Sequence record: MK250017.1
Length of the DNA: 64,000 bases
Direction: 5' to 3' (one strand)
Shown here: positions 22,471-36,049 of the stretch, one piece after another
How positions within the stretch are numbered: position 1 is the stretch's first letter
How the letters are laid out: each line of letters opens with the position of its first letter
The notes under the pieces: model-generated
What the model was told of the DNA's origin: nothing
The model's database searches: none
Seen by the model: only the letters and a program-made list of their open reading frames with translations
Made by a program: the position numbers and the translations under genes

Positions 22471-25400
22471 ATGGCAAAAGAAAAGAAATATTTATTTAAA
22501 TTAACACCTAATAAAAAAGATGTTGTTATTAATACATCTGTTTTATTGAATGGTTATGAAGATGTTGAATATCCTATTCCTATTATGGATACGGAAAAAT
22601 TGGGATATGTATATGATCCGACAACATTTAAGTTTAAAGATAAAGAACATGTAAAGGTAGATTATCCATATCCTGTACGTATGGAAATGGAGGTAAATTT
22701 TGGAAATTTACCTTTTTATGGTTGTAATAATGCATATAGTACAGATAAAATAAGATATAATGAAATAAAACCATCAAAATCAAACGGTGCTGCAGAGTAT
22801 TCGAGTGATCCAGATTACTATAATAATTATTTTTAGTAGAATACATCATATGATGAAGGTGTATTTATAAATGCAAGAGATAATAGAGATAATGATTATA
22901 ATTATACATTAGCTAATTATAAAATAACTGTTAGAATTTATTGGAGTGATAATAAATCACATATAAACGAAAATTATATACCTAATGGAACAGTAGAATC
23001 AAAAGAAAACGGATGGAGAAAACAAGTAAGTAATACAAATACTTACCCTTTCGTTCTTAGACTTGTACCGGAATTATATAATATCGAAAACTCTGAAAAT
23101 ATAGTTGATAAAAATAACTCTAAAGAATTATTATTACCAAACTTAGAACCAAATAGTGATAAAGGTGGTCATGATAAAAATCATAAGAATATATTTAATG
23201 TACCAGATAATTTTACAATGGAAGAACGTAATATTGTAAAATTTAAAATTGATGCAACATTTACAGATCCTAAATCATTAATGTCAGTTAGTGCATATAA
23301 AGAAGTAATTGTAAAACAAGATGCATATATAGGATATAAGACAAAATATACATATGTTAAATTTATTGATTATAAACCTGTTGATATTTGGTCTCCTACT
23401 GTATATGCTAGTTATAATAAAGATAGAAATATTACATATAAAATAGATAAAGACACAAAATAGGATTATTATGCATTTTATGTTAACGGTTCATTGAATA
23501 TTAAAAATTATATTGAAAATAAATCTAAATATTTTCCTGATGGAATATATTTTAATGGTGCATTCGATGTAAGTAAAAATAAGAATCGTTTTACGATAGA
23601 TAAATTTGTATTAAAGAACTATTGTATAAATGCATTGGAAGATTCATCTGTTATAAATGGAAAGATATTAAATTCATCAGATAAAGACGCATTTGAAAAG
23701 AGATATAATTTATGTTATTCTATAGCTAAACAGTTAGGTGATTTTTATGATTCAAGTGTTAAGCCTTCAACTAATATATTAAAACAAAAAAATAGTAAAG
23801 GATTAATATTTGATTCTATTTCAAAACCAGGTTTATAGGTGTTTAACGGTTATTATAGTACTCCATATTCATTTTCATAGATAAATTCAACTGATACTTC
23901 AGCATATGGCACTAAATTTGATATAACTTTAACTGAAAATGAAGTTGTATATAATTCTTCATATAGAGCTGTATATCAAAAATATTATATTAATAATAAA
24001 AATTATTATCCAATAAATGCATCATTTATAAAAAATGATAAAGGGAAAAAAATTCCTGTATTAGATACATTAAATGGAAAATATACATATATTAACAGTT
24101 CACTTGATTATGATATTAGTGCTATATATTCTAGAAATATAGATATATCTGTTTTAGATGGTTCAAATTTAATTTATAACTATAAAGTTATTCAAGATGA
24201 AGAAGGACATAGTATAGAAACAAAATACTGTATTAATTCATTGTTAAATAATGATACAAGTGTACAAATTCCTAGATATGGTGTATATCCTGTATTTTCT
24301 GGATACATTGGATTTGATACATCTGTATATGATTATTAGAATAAAGATGAAGTTGAATATGAATATCGTGATAATTCAACTGATATTATTTATGATTTAA
24401 TGTATAGAAAAAATGGATTATTAACTATTAATAAAAAATCTAATTTTATTACAGGTAAAATTGATATTAATATCAATAAAGATAAATTCACAGAAACTGT
24501 AGTTCTTCCAAATAATCCATTTACTGATATTGTTACAAATATAAATGGTACAATAATAAACAATAATAGACTTAATAATTTATTGGGTAATACAAAATAT
24601 AATGATTATTTATATGCAGCATCAAATATAAGTAATACATATAAATATGAGATTAAAATCAATAATAATGATGTTAGTAATTATTTACGTATTAATGGTG
24701 TTAAATAGAGTGATTTAACTAATGGTACATTATTATCTAATGTTGAGCCAGGCATATTTACATTAAGTTTAGATGATGATTATCCAAAGGAAACATCTGA
24801 TAGTATAAATTTAACAATTAAGCATAAAGATGGTGATGAAATAACAGGAGAAATTTTAATTACAAATGATGAAAATGAAAAACATCTTACAAATTATGAT
24901 AATAAAGGATATGAACTTAATACAGAACATCATTCATCTATGTTATTACGAGCAAATCCAAAATTATCAGGTAATATTAAATTAGTAGTTGATACTGATT
25001 ATAAATTATATCTTGATACATTTAAAGCAAATCCTGCATTAAATAATAAGAATTTTAGGAAATATCCTATTTCATCAGAAGGTAATTATCCAAGAGATAT
25101 AAAGAAAGTATTTAAAAATATTCCTATAAAGAATTTATTTGGACTTCCAGAAAATTCACTTAAAGCACATAAGGTTTATAATGATTATAAAGATCAATAT
25201 GAAACTATGTATGAATATGGTGCTGAAACAAATACAGATAGCCTTTATTCAGAAAACATGAAAATACTTGCACCTCTTCATATAGGAAATGATATACCAG
25301 AATTCTTTGCAATATTTAGATATGATGATGTCTTTAATGAAGAAACATATTCAGGAAAAGATATTAATGATATAGAGAAATTCAAAACATTAATTAAAGA

Positions 25401-28400
25401 TTCTAAAGTTATTAAAACATATGATTTAAGAACAATAACATCAATTGGTCAATATCTCAATAACTATAAGAATATGTTATCTAATTATGGTCAATGTTAT
25501 TTACAGTTTATAGAATAGGATTATAATTAGAATTCACCTTATTACAGACAAGGTAACAATATATGGAAAGGAATTTCAGTAGAACGCGGTATTCTTGTAA
25601 ATCAGTCAGAAACAACATATTTCGGTTCTAAAATATTAAATTCTGATATTCCTAATAAACAGGAAATGTTTAATAATTATATTATTGCTGGATTTGAACG
25701 ACATAATCTTATATATTCTAATATTATAAATCTTGAATTTATGTTTAATGATGATGACATGAAAGAATACTCAATGCATCGTTATTTCGGATTATATTTA
25801 ACTGCGAATGATTTTATTAATTATGGCTATATTGTTTCATCTAAAAACAATACAGGAAATACAGTATTGACAAAATATGATGAACAAGGAAACATATATA
25901 AAGGTGATGAAAATATATTCAATACAATTTTTAACAAAAATTATTATGATAGATTATTCTTTGCAATAACCAATAATAATGTAGGTAGAGTATAGACAAA
26001 AATAGATTTATAGGCGTTCTTTAAGAATTATGTTACTAATACACCTGATTCTAATTTAATAAGTTTAGATTCAACAGAAATTAATATTGATAAGGAAAAT
26101 GATAAAAGTTTTATGGTATTACATTTCCATAAACCTATTGAATGCGGTGAACATATTAAATTCATAGCATTAGATTATCCTATTGTTAATAAATCATTTA
26201 CTAATATTGCTAATACTTATGAAACAAATTAGTTAACGACAGAACATATTGTTTATGAACTTATTGCATCAAATGATGAGCGTTTATTAGAAACTGATTA
26301 TAACATTAATCCATATATTGGAAAACAAAAATGTAGATATTCTGAAAATACATATTTCTATAGAATATCTTTCTATTCACAAGATACAGAATATAATGAT
26401 ATAACAGCGTCATTAGATGTATAGATAAACCGTATTATCAAATGTATTGAAAAATTCAACACTGATATTATTAGAGTTCAATCATATAATGACAATAGTA
26501 TTTCTATAATATCATTATATGACAGTATGTATGTATAGCATATATTACCACCAAAGTTTGATGATTTTTCATATGATTATACGGCATATACAGGAATTAA
26601 TGGTATTATTTATACTACAAATAAAGAATATACTGATAGTCTTGATTTCTTACCACATAAAGAAATTAAACATATTGAAAATAATTCATTAGCGCATGAT
26701 GATGAAAATGATTGGATAACATATGTTGATAATAAAGATATTAAGTGTTGGCATTGTTATGTAGAGAGTGAAGATATTAACAATATAAAAGATGATACCA
26801 TTTCATATTTTAATAATAATATGACATATGAAATGCATGCATTGACAAATCAATCAGATTTCTTTGATAATTATTATTGTGCATTTTCAAATTATTCATT
26901 TGAAACATTAGGCTGGAGATATAATAATATAGTTAAATTCGAACCAACAAAAAAATTAAATTATACATATCAAGTCAATACAGATATAGCAGATTTAATT
27001 AATAAAGTTAAATATCCTTTAGTTTATAATGTAAATGGTATTTATGATACAGTAAATACATTTAATATTATAAATGGTTATTTAAGAAATAATATATTCG
27101 AAACAGATCTTTATAAAAACTATACTATAAATGATCAACAGCAAATAATTGATACTGTATAGAATGTATGTGTTATTACAAACCCATATGATGTTGATAC
27201 ATGTATGATTTCTACTATAAATGAATCTTTATTGGTTACAAATAAAATACATTTATATAAACCTACAGCAGTTTCTATTTCTATTATGGGTATTACTAAT
27301 ATCAAGGATATTGATACAACAATAGATTTAAGCAGAACATTACATAATGAAGATAATCTTATTATCAATATACCTGCAGGAACTTCTATTGCAACAGATG
27401 AAAGTGATTATAGAATACAATACGGTATTATGTATGAAGTTATAAATGGTAGATTGAAATTTAATAAAGGTAACGCTCAAAAAGGAACAAAATTTTTAAT
27501 AACTCCTAAAAATATCTATATTAGTTCAACAACCAATCAAATGACTAAAACTACACCTTATATTTCATTTGTAGATAATACAGTATTAAAGATAGTTGAT
27601 AAGTAGAAATATTAGACATATAATTATGATACAGAAATTCCAGAATTAAAATCAACTAATTATTTTTCAAATCCATCTAATACAAATAATAGTGAATTAT
27701 TATGGCCTATTGTTCCATTAACACAATGTTTATGGAAATCAAACGGTCAATATTATGATAATAATAACATATTGGATGTTAATACATTAAATGAAAAATA
27801 TGAAGTAAAAGGTAATTTCTGTGAAAATATTTATACAGCATCAGATTATGATACAAATCAATATGTAACTAATAAGATAGATAATATATTATATATCAAT
27901 AATGAATCGACAACATATAAAGAAAGTATATTAAATGGTTCAGTATAGCATTCTATTAAAAAATTATTAATTGATAATACAAATATAGACACTGCTTCAG
28001 TATATTATAATTCAAATATAAAGAGTCTTGAATTTATATTTTCTGGAATTAAATTTAATATTAAGTTAAATACAAAAATCGTTAATAGTTATATTCATCT
28101 TGAAGATTATTCAGGTTTTGAAGCATTCGTATTAACTGATTATGATTTAACAAAATCTAATGAACTTTATATATCATTAAAAGAGAAATTTATATTATTA
28201 ATAAACCATTAGTTCTATATTGATTATCAACATGAAGGTGCAAATAATATAAAGAATTTAACAGATGATGAATATTAGAGTTATGCTGATTATGCGGTAT
28301 TAAATTCACCATATGATATTGATTTCAAAACAGTATCATCAACGAATAACAGTATATTATCACATAAGAGAAATAATTTCCATAAAAAATTATTAAGTAT

Positions 28401-29970
28401 TATTGATAGACATAATATGTGGAATTCATTATTTGTATAGTATGATATTCCTAATGTTAATATTAAAGATTTAAATAAGTCACAATTTATAACATATGCA
28501 TTAGAAGATACTATCGATTGTGATGAATATGTTTCAGTTAATAATGTATATGACAGAGGTTTATTATATAATGGTAATTCTGGTTTTATTGTTAATACTC
28601 CAACTAATATATCTTCATTAAATATTATTTCATCTGATAGTTATTCTTATGTTATAACAAAAGCTGATGGTGATTATAATCATACAGCAAAACAAATATT
28701 AGAACGTGTTATTGATTTAACTACATTAAAAGAAAATTCTACAGCACAATTATTAAATATATCTAATGTATTGTATCCAAAGAAAATTTCATTGAATGAA
28801 ACAAAATTAGCAGCAACTATAAATAAAACTTATTATAATCCAACATAGTTAAAATTATCTAATATTCTTAATAGTAATCAATTTATTATGACATATAAAG
28901 ACACTTCTACTGGTCTTTTAAAAAGAACTAAATTGATGACAGGTAATAATCTTGTACAATTCAAAAAATATATCAGTAAATTGATAACTACAGAATCAGC
29001 AAAAGATAAATTAACACGATATGTAAATTCATTTACAAATGATGTTGATGTATATATTATTCCTGGTAATTCTGAAGTAAAACATATATAGAATACAGAG
29101 GAATATAATCCGTTAATATTTACATTATCGATACCTAATCAGATTAAGTTTAATTATGGTTGGTTTACTCCTAATACAAATAATATGTTTGATTTCTATG
29201 TAGATGATGAATTGAAAGATATTCTTAATGTTGATTTATTGTAGTCAAATACAAAATTGAAATCAATTAACAGAATTAAGAATTATACAGGTAATAAAGT
29301 ATTTGAGGATACAAAATTACAGAAGTTAAATAAGAATTATTATTTAATAAATGAAAGATCATTATTAAGTGCTACATGGGATAATAATTATTATAGAAAA
29401 TATACTTCAGAAAATGAGTATACAAGTATTGATGGACATAAAACCGGTATTGATGATAAGTCATTCTTTGGTTCTCATTGTATGGTAATTCATAATGAAT
29501 ATATATTGCTTAATACATGGTCATACCAAACAGCAAATGATATTTTAACTGTTAATTTCTCAGATGCTTCATTTAACATGTCAGATAATAATTAGAGAAC
29601 TACAACGATAACTATTAATATATCTTCTGCGATATTTAATCATTTCATAAATAATAATCAGTTTAATGAAAACTGGATATATTTTAAAGATTCACAATAT
29701 ACAGGTTAGAAGAATTATATTAATAATACCTTATCTGTTTATTACAATTATAAATCAAAAATAGAAGTTGAATTATTCTCAAAAGATACTGAACCAAATT
29801 CAGTTATAAATATAGTAACAGAAAAACCAGATAATTTAAGTACATATAATAAGTATGAAAATTATTCAACTAAATTTGAAACAAAAGAGAATTTAAATAC
29901 ATTAACTATTGTACTGAATGAAACAACTGGTAAGAATATATATCCAACTGTTAAAATTTATAAACGATAA
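22471..29970 (+). CDS. Very large probable virion protein, 2,499 aa, TAG=Gln
   Basis: Ten track fragments share one frame. Reading from ATG 22471 to TAA 29968 gives about 26 TAG and no TAA/TGA. N/Y/D/T-rich; no catalytic motif recognised. Confidence 0.9.
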
Positions 29971-29975
29971 AAAGT

Positions 29976-31103
29976 ATGCAGATTTCTTAGAGATTTCATA
30001 ATGATACATATGCACCTGGTATTGCCACATATGGTATACAAGGTAAAGACGGTGAACAAGGTACACCAGGTACGAGTTTATTCTTCAGTGAATACTCGTT
30101 ACCTGATGAATACCATGATTTTACTAAAAAAATTACATCTAGAATGTTACCAGTAAAAAATGAGTAGATATAGTTAAAAAGAAAATTTGTAAATGGTGAT
30201 TAGTTTGTAGATCCAACTGGAAAAGTATATCTTTTAATGGATATAAATCAATTAATAAGAGATATAAATAATGGAACTGATCAATTATGGACTAATGAAA
30301 AATTAAAATATATAGGAAAATTTAATTCTACAAATAATTCTGATATATTTAGTGATACAAATAATTCTGGAACACTTAGATCACATAAGTTTATTATATC
30401 TGATGATAGCAAAACAGCAACTGGTAGCGGATTATTAACAGTTTCTCATACAACTAAAGATACAGATAATGATATTAATTTTATTAATTTAGAATCATTA
30501 TATAGTGGTCAACATGATATGAATTTGGATATTAAATTTAGCAAAAAATATAATGGATTCATGATAAGTTCAAAATATCCAATTTATTTAAATGCTAATG
30601 TATATACTAAATTTAATGATTCAAATAATTCAAATAATGAATATTCACCTGTTTATACAACTGCTGATAATAAATCAAAAACTATTACAGATTATATAGC
30701 AGCAACAAAAGATTTAAGATGTGATATAGATGCATCTATATATAGTTATACAAAGAAAGATACATCTATAATTTATTATGGCGTTATTTATAAAATATCA
30801 TTTGGACGAAAAGATGATACTAACTCAAAATAGTGGGGAGATTTCGTAAATACATATGATAATGGAAATACTATAATACATTTTCAAAATAAAGAACATT
30901 CTGATTTTACAACAGTAATTCCAACAATATAGAATTATAATTTTAGATAGGATTATGATTATGTAAAATTAAATGATTTAATTAATAAAGTACAATATAA
31001 TGATTTACCAAATGTCACAATATCAGTAATTAATGGTATAGAAGCATATGTCACTATTAATGATAAAGGTATTTCAGGAATAAGAAAAAGAACAACTAAT
31101 TAA
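29976..31103 (+). CDS. Probable tail-associated protein with short collagen-like N-terminus, 375 aa, TAG=Gln
   Basis: MQISQRF...PGIATYGIQGKDGEQGTPGTSLFF; ends TAA 31101. Confidence 0.8.
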
Positions 31104-31105
31104 AA

Positions 31106-34100
31106 ATGAGTTATACATATAAACATGGATTACCTGGAATTGGTGTAACCGGTTAGCAGGGAAAACAAGGTAAATCTGGAAATTCTATATATTTTGGTAC
31201 ATTTGATTCTTTTTTTAAATATATTGATACAAGTACATTAAGTTCTATTGATTATGATGATAAAGATTATGATATAACATATGCTAAAGATGAATATCGA
31301 TTAGATCCAAAATATAATGAAGGTGATTTACTTTATATATTAAATAGCAGTATAAAAGATTCTTCTATTGATTGTGTAATAGAAATTACAGAAGATTTGA
31401 CAACATGTACATCTACATAGTTAGCAAATAAAATAACATATAAAAAACCATTTACTGTAAATAAAAACAAATTCAATAGATTGAATATTGTTGGTGCAGG
31501 TATGGATTCAGCAACTAAACATGGAATGTTTATTGCTAATGAATTATATAATAATTATCCGATAAATGTTAAATATGTAATAGACAATAATAATAAAAAG
31601 CCAGAGAAGATAACAGATTTAACAGATCAAAATATTGATGTTGCAGATGAACCTTTTATTATTCCCGAAAGATATTCAGATGCAAAAGAATCATATATAT
31701 ATCTTAATAATGGAAAAGAAATTAATAAGTATAAGTATGAATTAAATACAGGTAAAAAGGTATTATTAAATTTAAATTATAATTCACGATTATTTGAAAT
31801 ACAATCATATTTAAATTCTAATATGTGTATAAACACTTATGATGTTAATTTATATATTGATAATTTACATATTAGAAATAATAATAAAGGTAATATTGAA
31901 GCATTAAATACATTATATAATAATGATTTGGTTTTAAATTCATATGGAAATTGTTATACATTAACTGAAGATAATTATGATTCCAGTACATAGTCTTTTA
32001 TTATGAATGTAGATAACTTCTTTAATAATATAGATGTTTCTAAAGATGATTATGTATATGGTTATATTCATATGTATTATAATTATAATGATATGAATAA
32101 TAAAAATTCTGGGGTTCGCGCACGTTATTATTCTAATTATATAAAAGGCACATTTACAGATACATCATTATCTAAAGTAAGAGTACCAAAAACAGATGAT
32201 AAAGGAAATTATATTAGAGATTATAATAATGAAAGTTACAAAAATGTAACATCTTCTGAAATTAAACAAGTCCTTATTAATACATGGGATACATCTACAT
32301 TAGAAAATGTAAAATCTTTATTACCAGAAACTGTAAATGAAGTAACATTTAATATATATAAAGGTGTAAAAGGTATTATCCAAACAGAAGAAGTAGAACA
32401 ATATAAAGTATATGATAAGGTTACAGATGTAAGTACAGGTTATTATTATAAGAAATATCATATAGATTCGTCTATTTTTATATATGAAGGAAAGACTAAT
32501 ACATTATAGACTAAAGCAAAATTTAATGATTATTTTGATACAAGCTATTATTCTGGAATTGACACAAAATAGTTTGATTATTCAGATTCTTCTGTATTGA
32601 AAATATCATTAGATCAATATGATAATGATTCATAGAAATATAGACATCATATTATACAGCAATATATAGGAAATAAGTATGGCATTAAATATTTCAGTAA
32701 ATTAACTCGTGCTGATTTTAATTATCAGACATCTGAATTTGATATAGATGCTTCATTTGTATAGGTAAATCATAAAGATTTAAATAGAACTTTAAATTAT
32801 GATGATGTTTTTAATATTACCATTGATAATAATGTTATGTCATTAGAATTTAAAGATAAATTAACGAAGTTATATGATCTTTATGTATATGAAAATGGTA
32901 GTAAAACTAATGTTATATTAAATGAAAATACCGGTATATATCAAGTAAAGTATATAACTGTATCAAAACAAGATATTCAAACTGATGTTATTAATAAAAT
33001 AAACGATGATAAATTCTTAAAATGCATATATGATGGTAGTGTTATAAGTATACCTAATACAGAAATATTATATACAATTAAATATAATACAATAGAAGAT
33101 AATACAGATTATACTATTGATGAATCTACAAATCATGATAAAATAGTGTATAATAATATGGTTACATATAATAGAGTATTAAAAGGTTATACTGAAAAAC
33201 GAACTATTCCAGAAGTTAAAATGAATATTTATAATGATTTGGAATCATTGGAAAATATTAATAATTCTTCAAATGGTATTTTATGTAATCAATTCCAAAC
33301 TTTCATGACATTAGAAATAGATAAATTCAGTAATGATGATTGGGGATTATATAAAGAATATTTACCAGATCCTAAATTAAGAATTTATATCAATAGAAAT
33401 ATATCTGATAAACCATCATTAACTGCAGATGATAATACAATAAAAGAGTGGATATTTAAATATACATTATATAAACCTGGTATTGATATTTACAATATTA
33501 CTGCAAATGAACTTGATGATCAATCTATTGTTAAAGTATCATAGACAGATGGTGACGAAGAATTTTATGAATTTACTATTGATGAAGCAATGTCAGGTAT
33601 ATGGTATTTAAGAATATATATTGAATCACAAAATCCTGAACCATACACATTTAATTTACAGTATACTATTGATAAAATTAAAATTATCACATCTAATAAC
33701 CATACATTTACATTAAATGCGAAAGATATAAATAAAGATAATTTATATGAATCAAATACACTTAAATTAAGTATTGCACCTATTTCATATATAGCATCAT
33801 ATTCATAGAATATATCTCTTATTTAGACAAGATATTTACAGCATCCAAATGCTATCGGTGTAAGAAAATGGTTCGGTTCTCGCGAAGTTACAAATATCGC
33901 TATTATGCCATATAGATATGATGAAATATCATAGAAGAAAGTAAATAATAAAGCATATAAAATACCAAACTGGAATTCTATAACATTTAAAAATAGATAT
34001 TTACAAGATAATATTAAAACATTATCAATATTCACATAGAATATAAATGATATTAATAATGTATTACCAAGTAAATTATATAAAAATACATGGTTATGTG

Positions 34101-34921
34101 AAGATACAGATGATATAACAGAAAATTATCTTAGACTCATATTTAATGCTAATATATTTACACCACGCTTATTGAATGATCAATATAGTTTCATATATAA
34201 TAATTAGCGTTTATTAGCATCTTAGTATAGTCAATTAAATAATAATTCTGCTGTATATATTCATTAGTACAATGATATAAATTTAAGAACTGATTCATTA
34301 TTGAAATCTATGATGAAATGGAATGATGAATATGAAAAATCATATCATTATGAAACAGATAATCCTTTTAGAGGACATATAGAAACATATGGAAACGGTT
34401 ATCAATACTTACCGAATTCTGCTGATAACAATCAGTATAATCAATATATGTCATTAAAAGAAATTAAGAAATAGAATGAATTACAATTCTTTGATTTAGG
34501 ACTTAATAAAGTTAAAACATATGATATAAACAGACCAGATAAACGAGATGCATATACACCACCTGTATTATTCAATCAATTATTATATCAGGCTTCATGG
34601 TGTTATCCATATTATACAACAAATAATGAAGAAGTACAAAATTCAAAATCTAAACAATATATTAAACAATTAGATTTTGATAATGCTGTTACATTAGAAA
34701 ATGGTGTTTTAGATGCAAATAAAATGCCATATAACTTATGTTATAATATATACCCGCGAATGATGTTTAATGATGAAGAACAATATAATGTTGTCTTAAT
34801 GTTAAGAAGACCTTCTGTTAAAAAAGAAGGACAATATGAATTTAAATCAAAAGATATTCAATAGAAATTTAACATAAGTCAAATTCAATCAATAAACAAA
34901 TATTTGTATCCATTAAATTAA
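31106..34921 (+). CDS. Probable tail-associated protein with short collagen-like N-terminus, 1,271 aa, TAG=Gln
   Basis: MSYTYKHGLPGIGVTGQQGKQGKSGNSIYF. Track fragments 31481, 32003, 32837 and 33590 are all in frame. Ends TAA 34919. Confidence 0.85.
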
Positions 34922-34926
34922 ATTAT

Positions 34927-34962
34927 AAAAGGAGATTAACAGTTTTAGTTAATCTCCTTTTT
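34927..34962. terminator. Bidirectional terminator
   Basis: AAAAGGAGATTAAC/GTTAATCTCCTTTT stem between convergent genes. Confidence 0.85.
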
Positions 34963-34963
34963 A

Positions 34964-35341
34964 TTATTTAAACATTATTCTTCTCATTATATTCTGCTCT
35001 GTTCCTGAATTCACTTTTCCTTCTCTTATAAAAGCAATATCAAAATTACTGTCATGCGTCATTGCAGAATCTCTATCAATATCATCTTTATAATTAGGTT
35101 TCGTATGTGTGATAAATTTATTTATATACATAGGTTTATTATTCATATGGTAAACAGTTACATTATCACCATAACCTATATTAACTAAATAATCCTGTGC
35201 AAATGTATCAGCACCCCAATAATCACCAACAACAAATTTTGCATTTTTATCAAATGCACATACTTCATCAATTTTTGGAATATAATGTTTTTTAAATTCT
35301 TCTATTGTTAAATCTCTATGTCCTGATATGAAATAAATCAT
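34964..35341 (-). CDS. Stand-alone SLOG (YspA/DUF2493-like) protein, 125 aa
   Basis: ISGHR, VVGDYWGADTFAQDY, RDSAM...D..IAF, SGTEQNI match the SLOG pattern. No TAG. Confidence 0.7.
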   Translation of the reverse strand: MIYFISGHRDLTIEEFKKHYIPKIDEVCAFDKNAKFVVGDYWGADTFAQDYLVNIGYGDNVTVYHMNNKPMYINKFITHTKPNYKDDIDRDSAMTHDSNFDIAFIREGKVNSGTEQNIMRRIMFK

Positions 35342-35348
35342 TTTATAT

Positions 35349-36047
35349 TTAAATATTAATTTTATTAATTCCCGTTATATTCTATATCATAGTTAATATA
35401 GATTCTTTAACAGATTGTTTATATTTTAAAAACGGAATATATTGCCATTGCCATGGTTCAATAAATCTTATATCCTTTATTTTATTTATATTATATGTTC
35501 TAAATATGAAACCTTCATTTTTTAAATTATATTTCTTCTTAATATAATTAAGTAATTTAGTCTAACCACCATCATGTAAAAAGAATTTACTGATATTCTA
35601 TGATATTGGTAACTGACCTTGATGTGCCTACACAGAAGCGTTACTATTAAAAAAATTAGGATCTAAATTATAAATATCATTTAATATTAAAGTACGTAAA
35701 TCATAATTACATAAATTCAAATTTATACCCTATATGATATTTTTATTATTACCAGTACATAATACCAATGGTAATGTATCGTAATATTCAAACTTTACTC
35801 TACCATCATTATATTTTGTTGTTGTATCTGTAACATATTTAAACATATAGATATGTCCAGGTATTAAAGTTAATTTAGAATTAGATTCTGAATCATATTC
35901 ATCTAATCCCATTGCTTTTTCTTTACCTCTTTTACCATATAAAAATAAATTTTTTACAATAGACTCATATGCTTTATCCTCATATTTGTCATTTGTTTTA
36001 TTCATTTTTTTAATATCTGTTAAAAATTTATCTTTTGTATATTCCAT
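35349..36047 (-). CDS. DNA end-protector protein (T4 gp2-like), 232 aa, TAG=Gln
   Basis: PGHIYMFKY...YYDTLPLVL...QGINLNL...LR.LIL and RTYNINKIK...IEPWQW resemble gp2. Extends through 5 TAG to TAA 35349. Confidence 0.65.
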
Positions 36048-36049
36048 AA

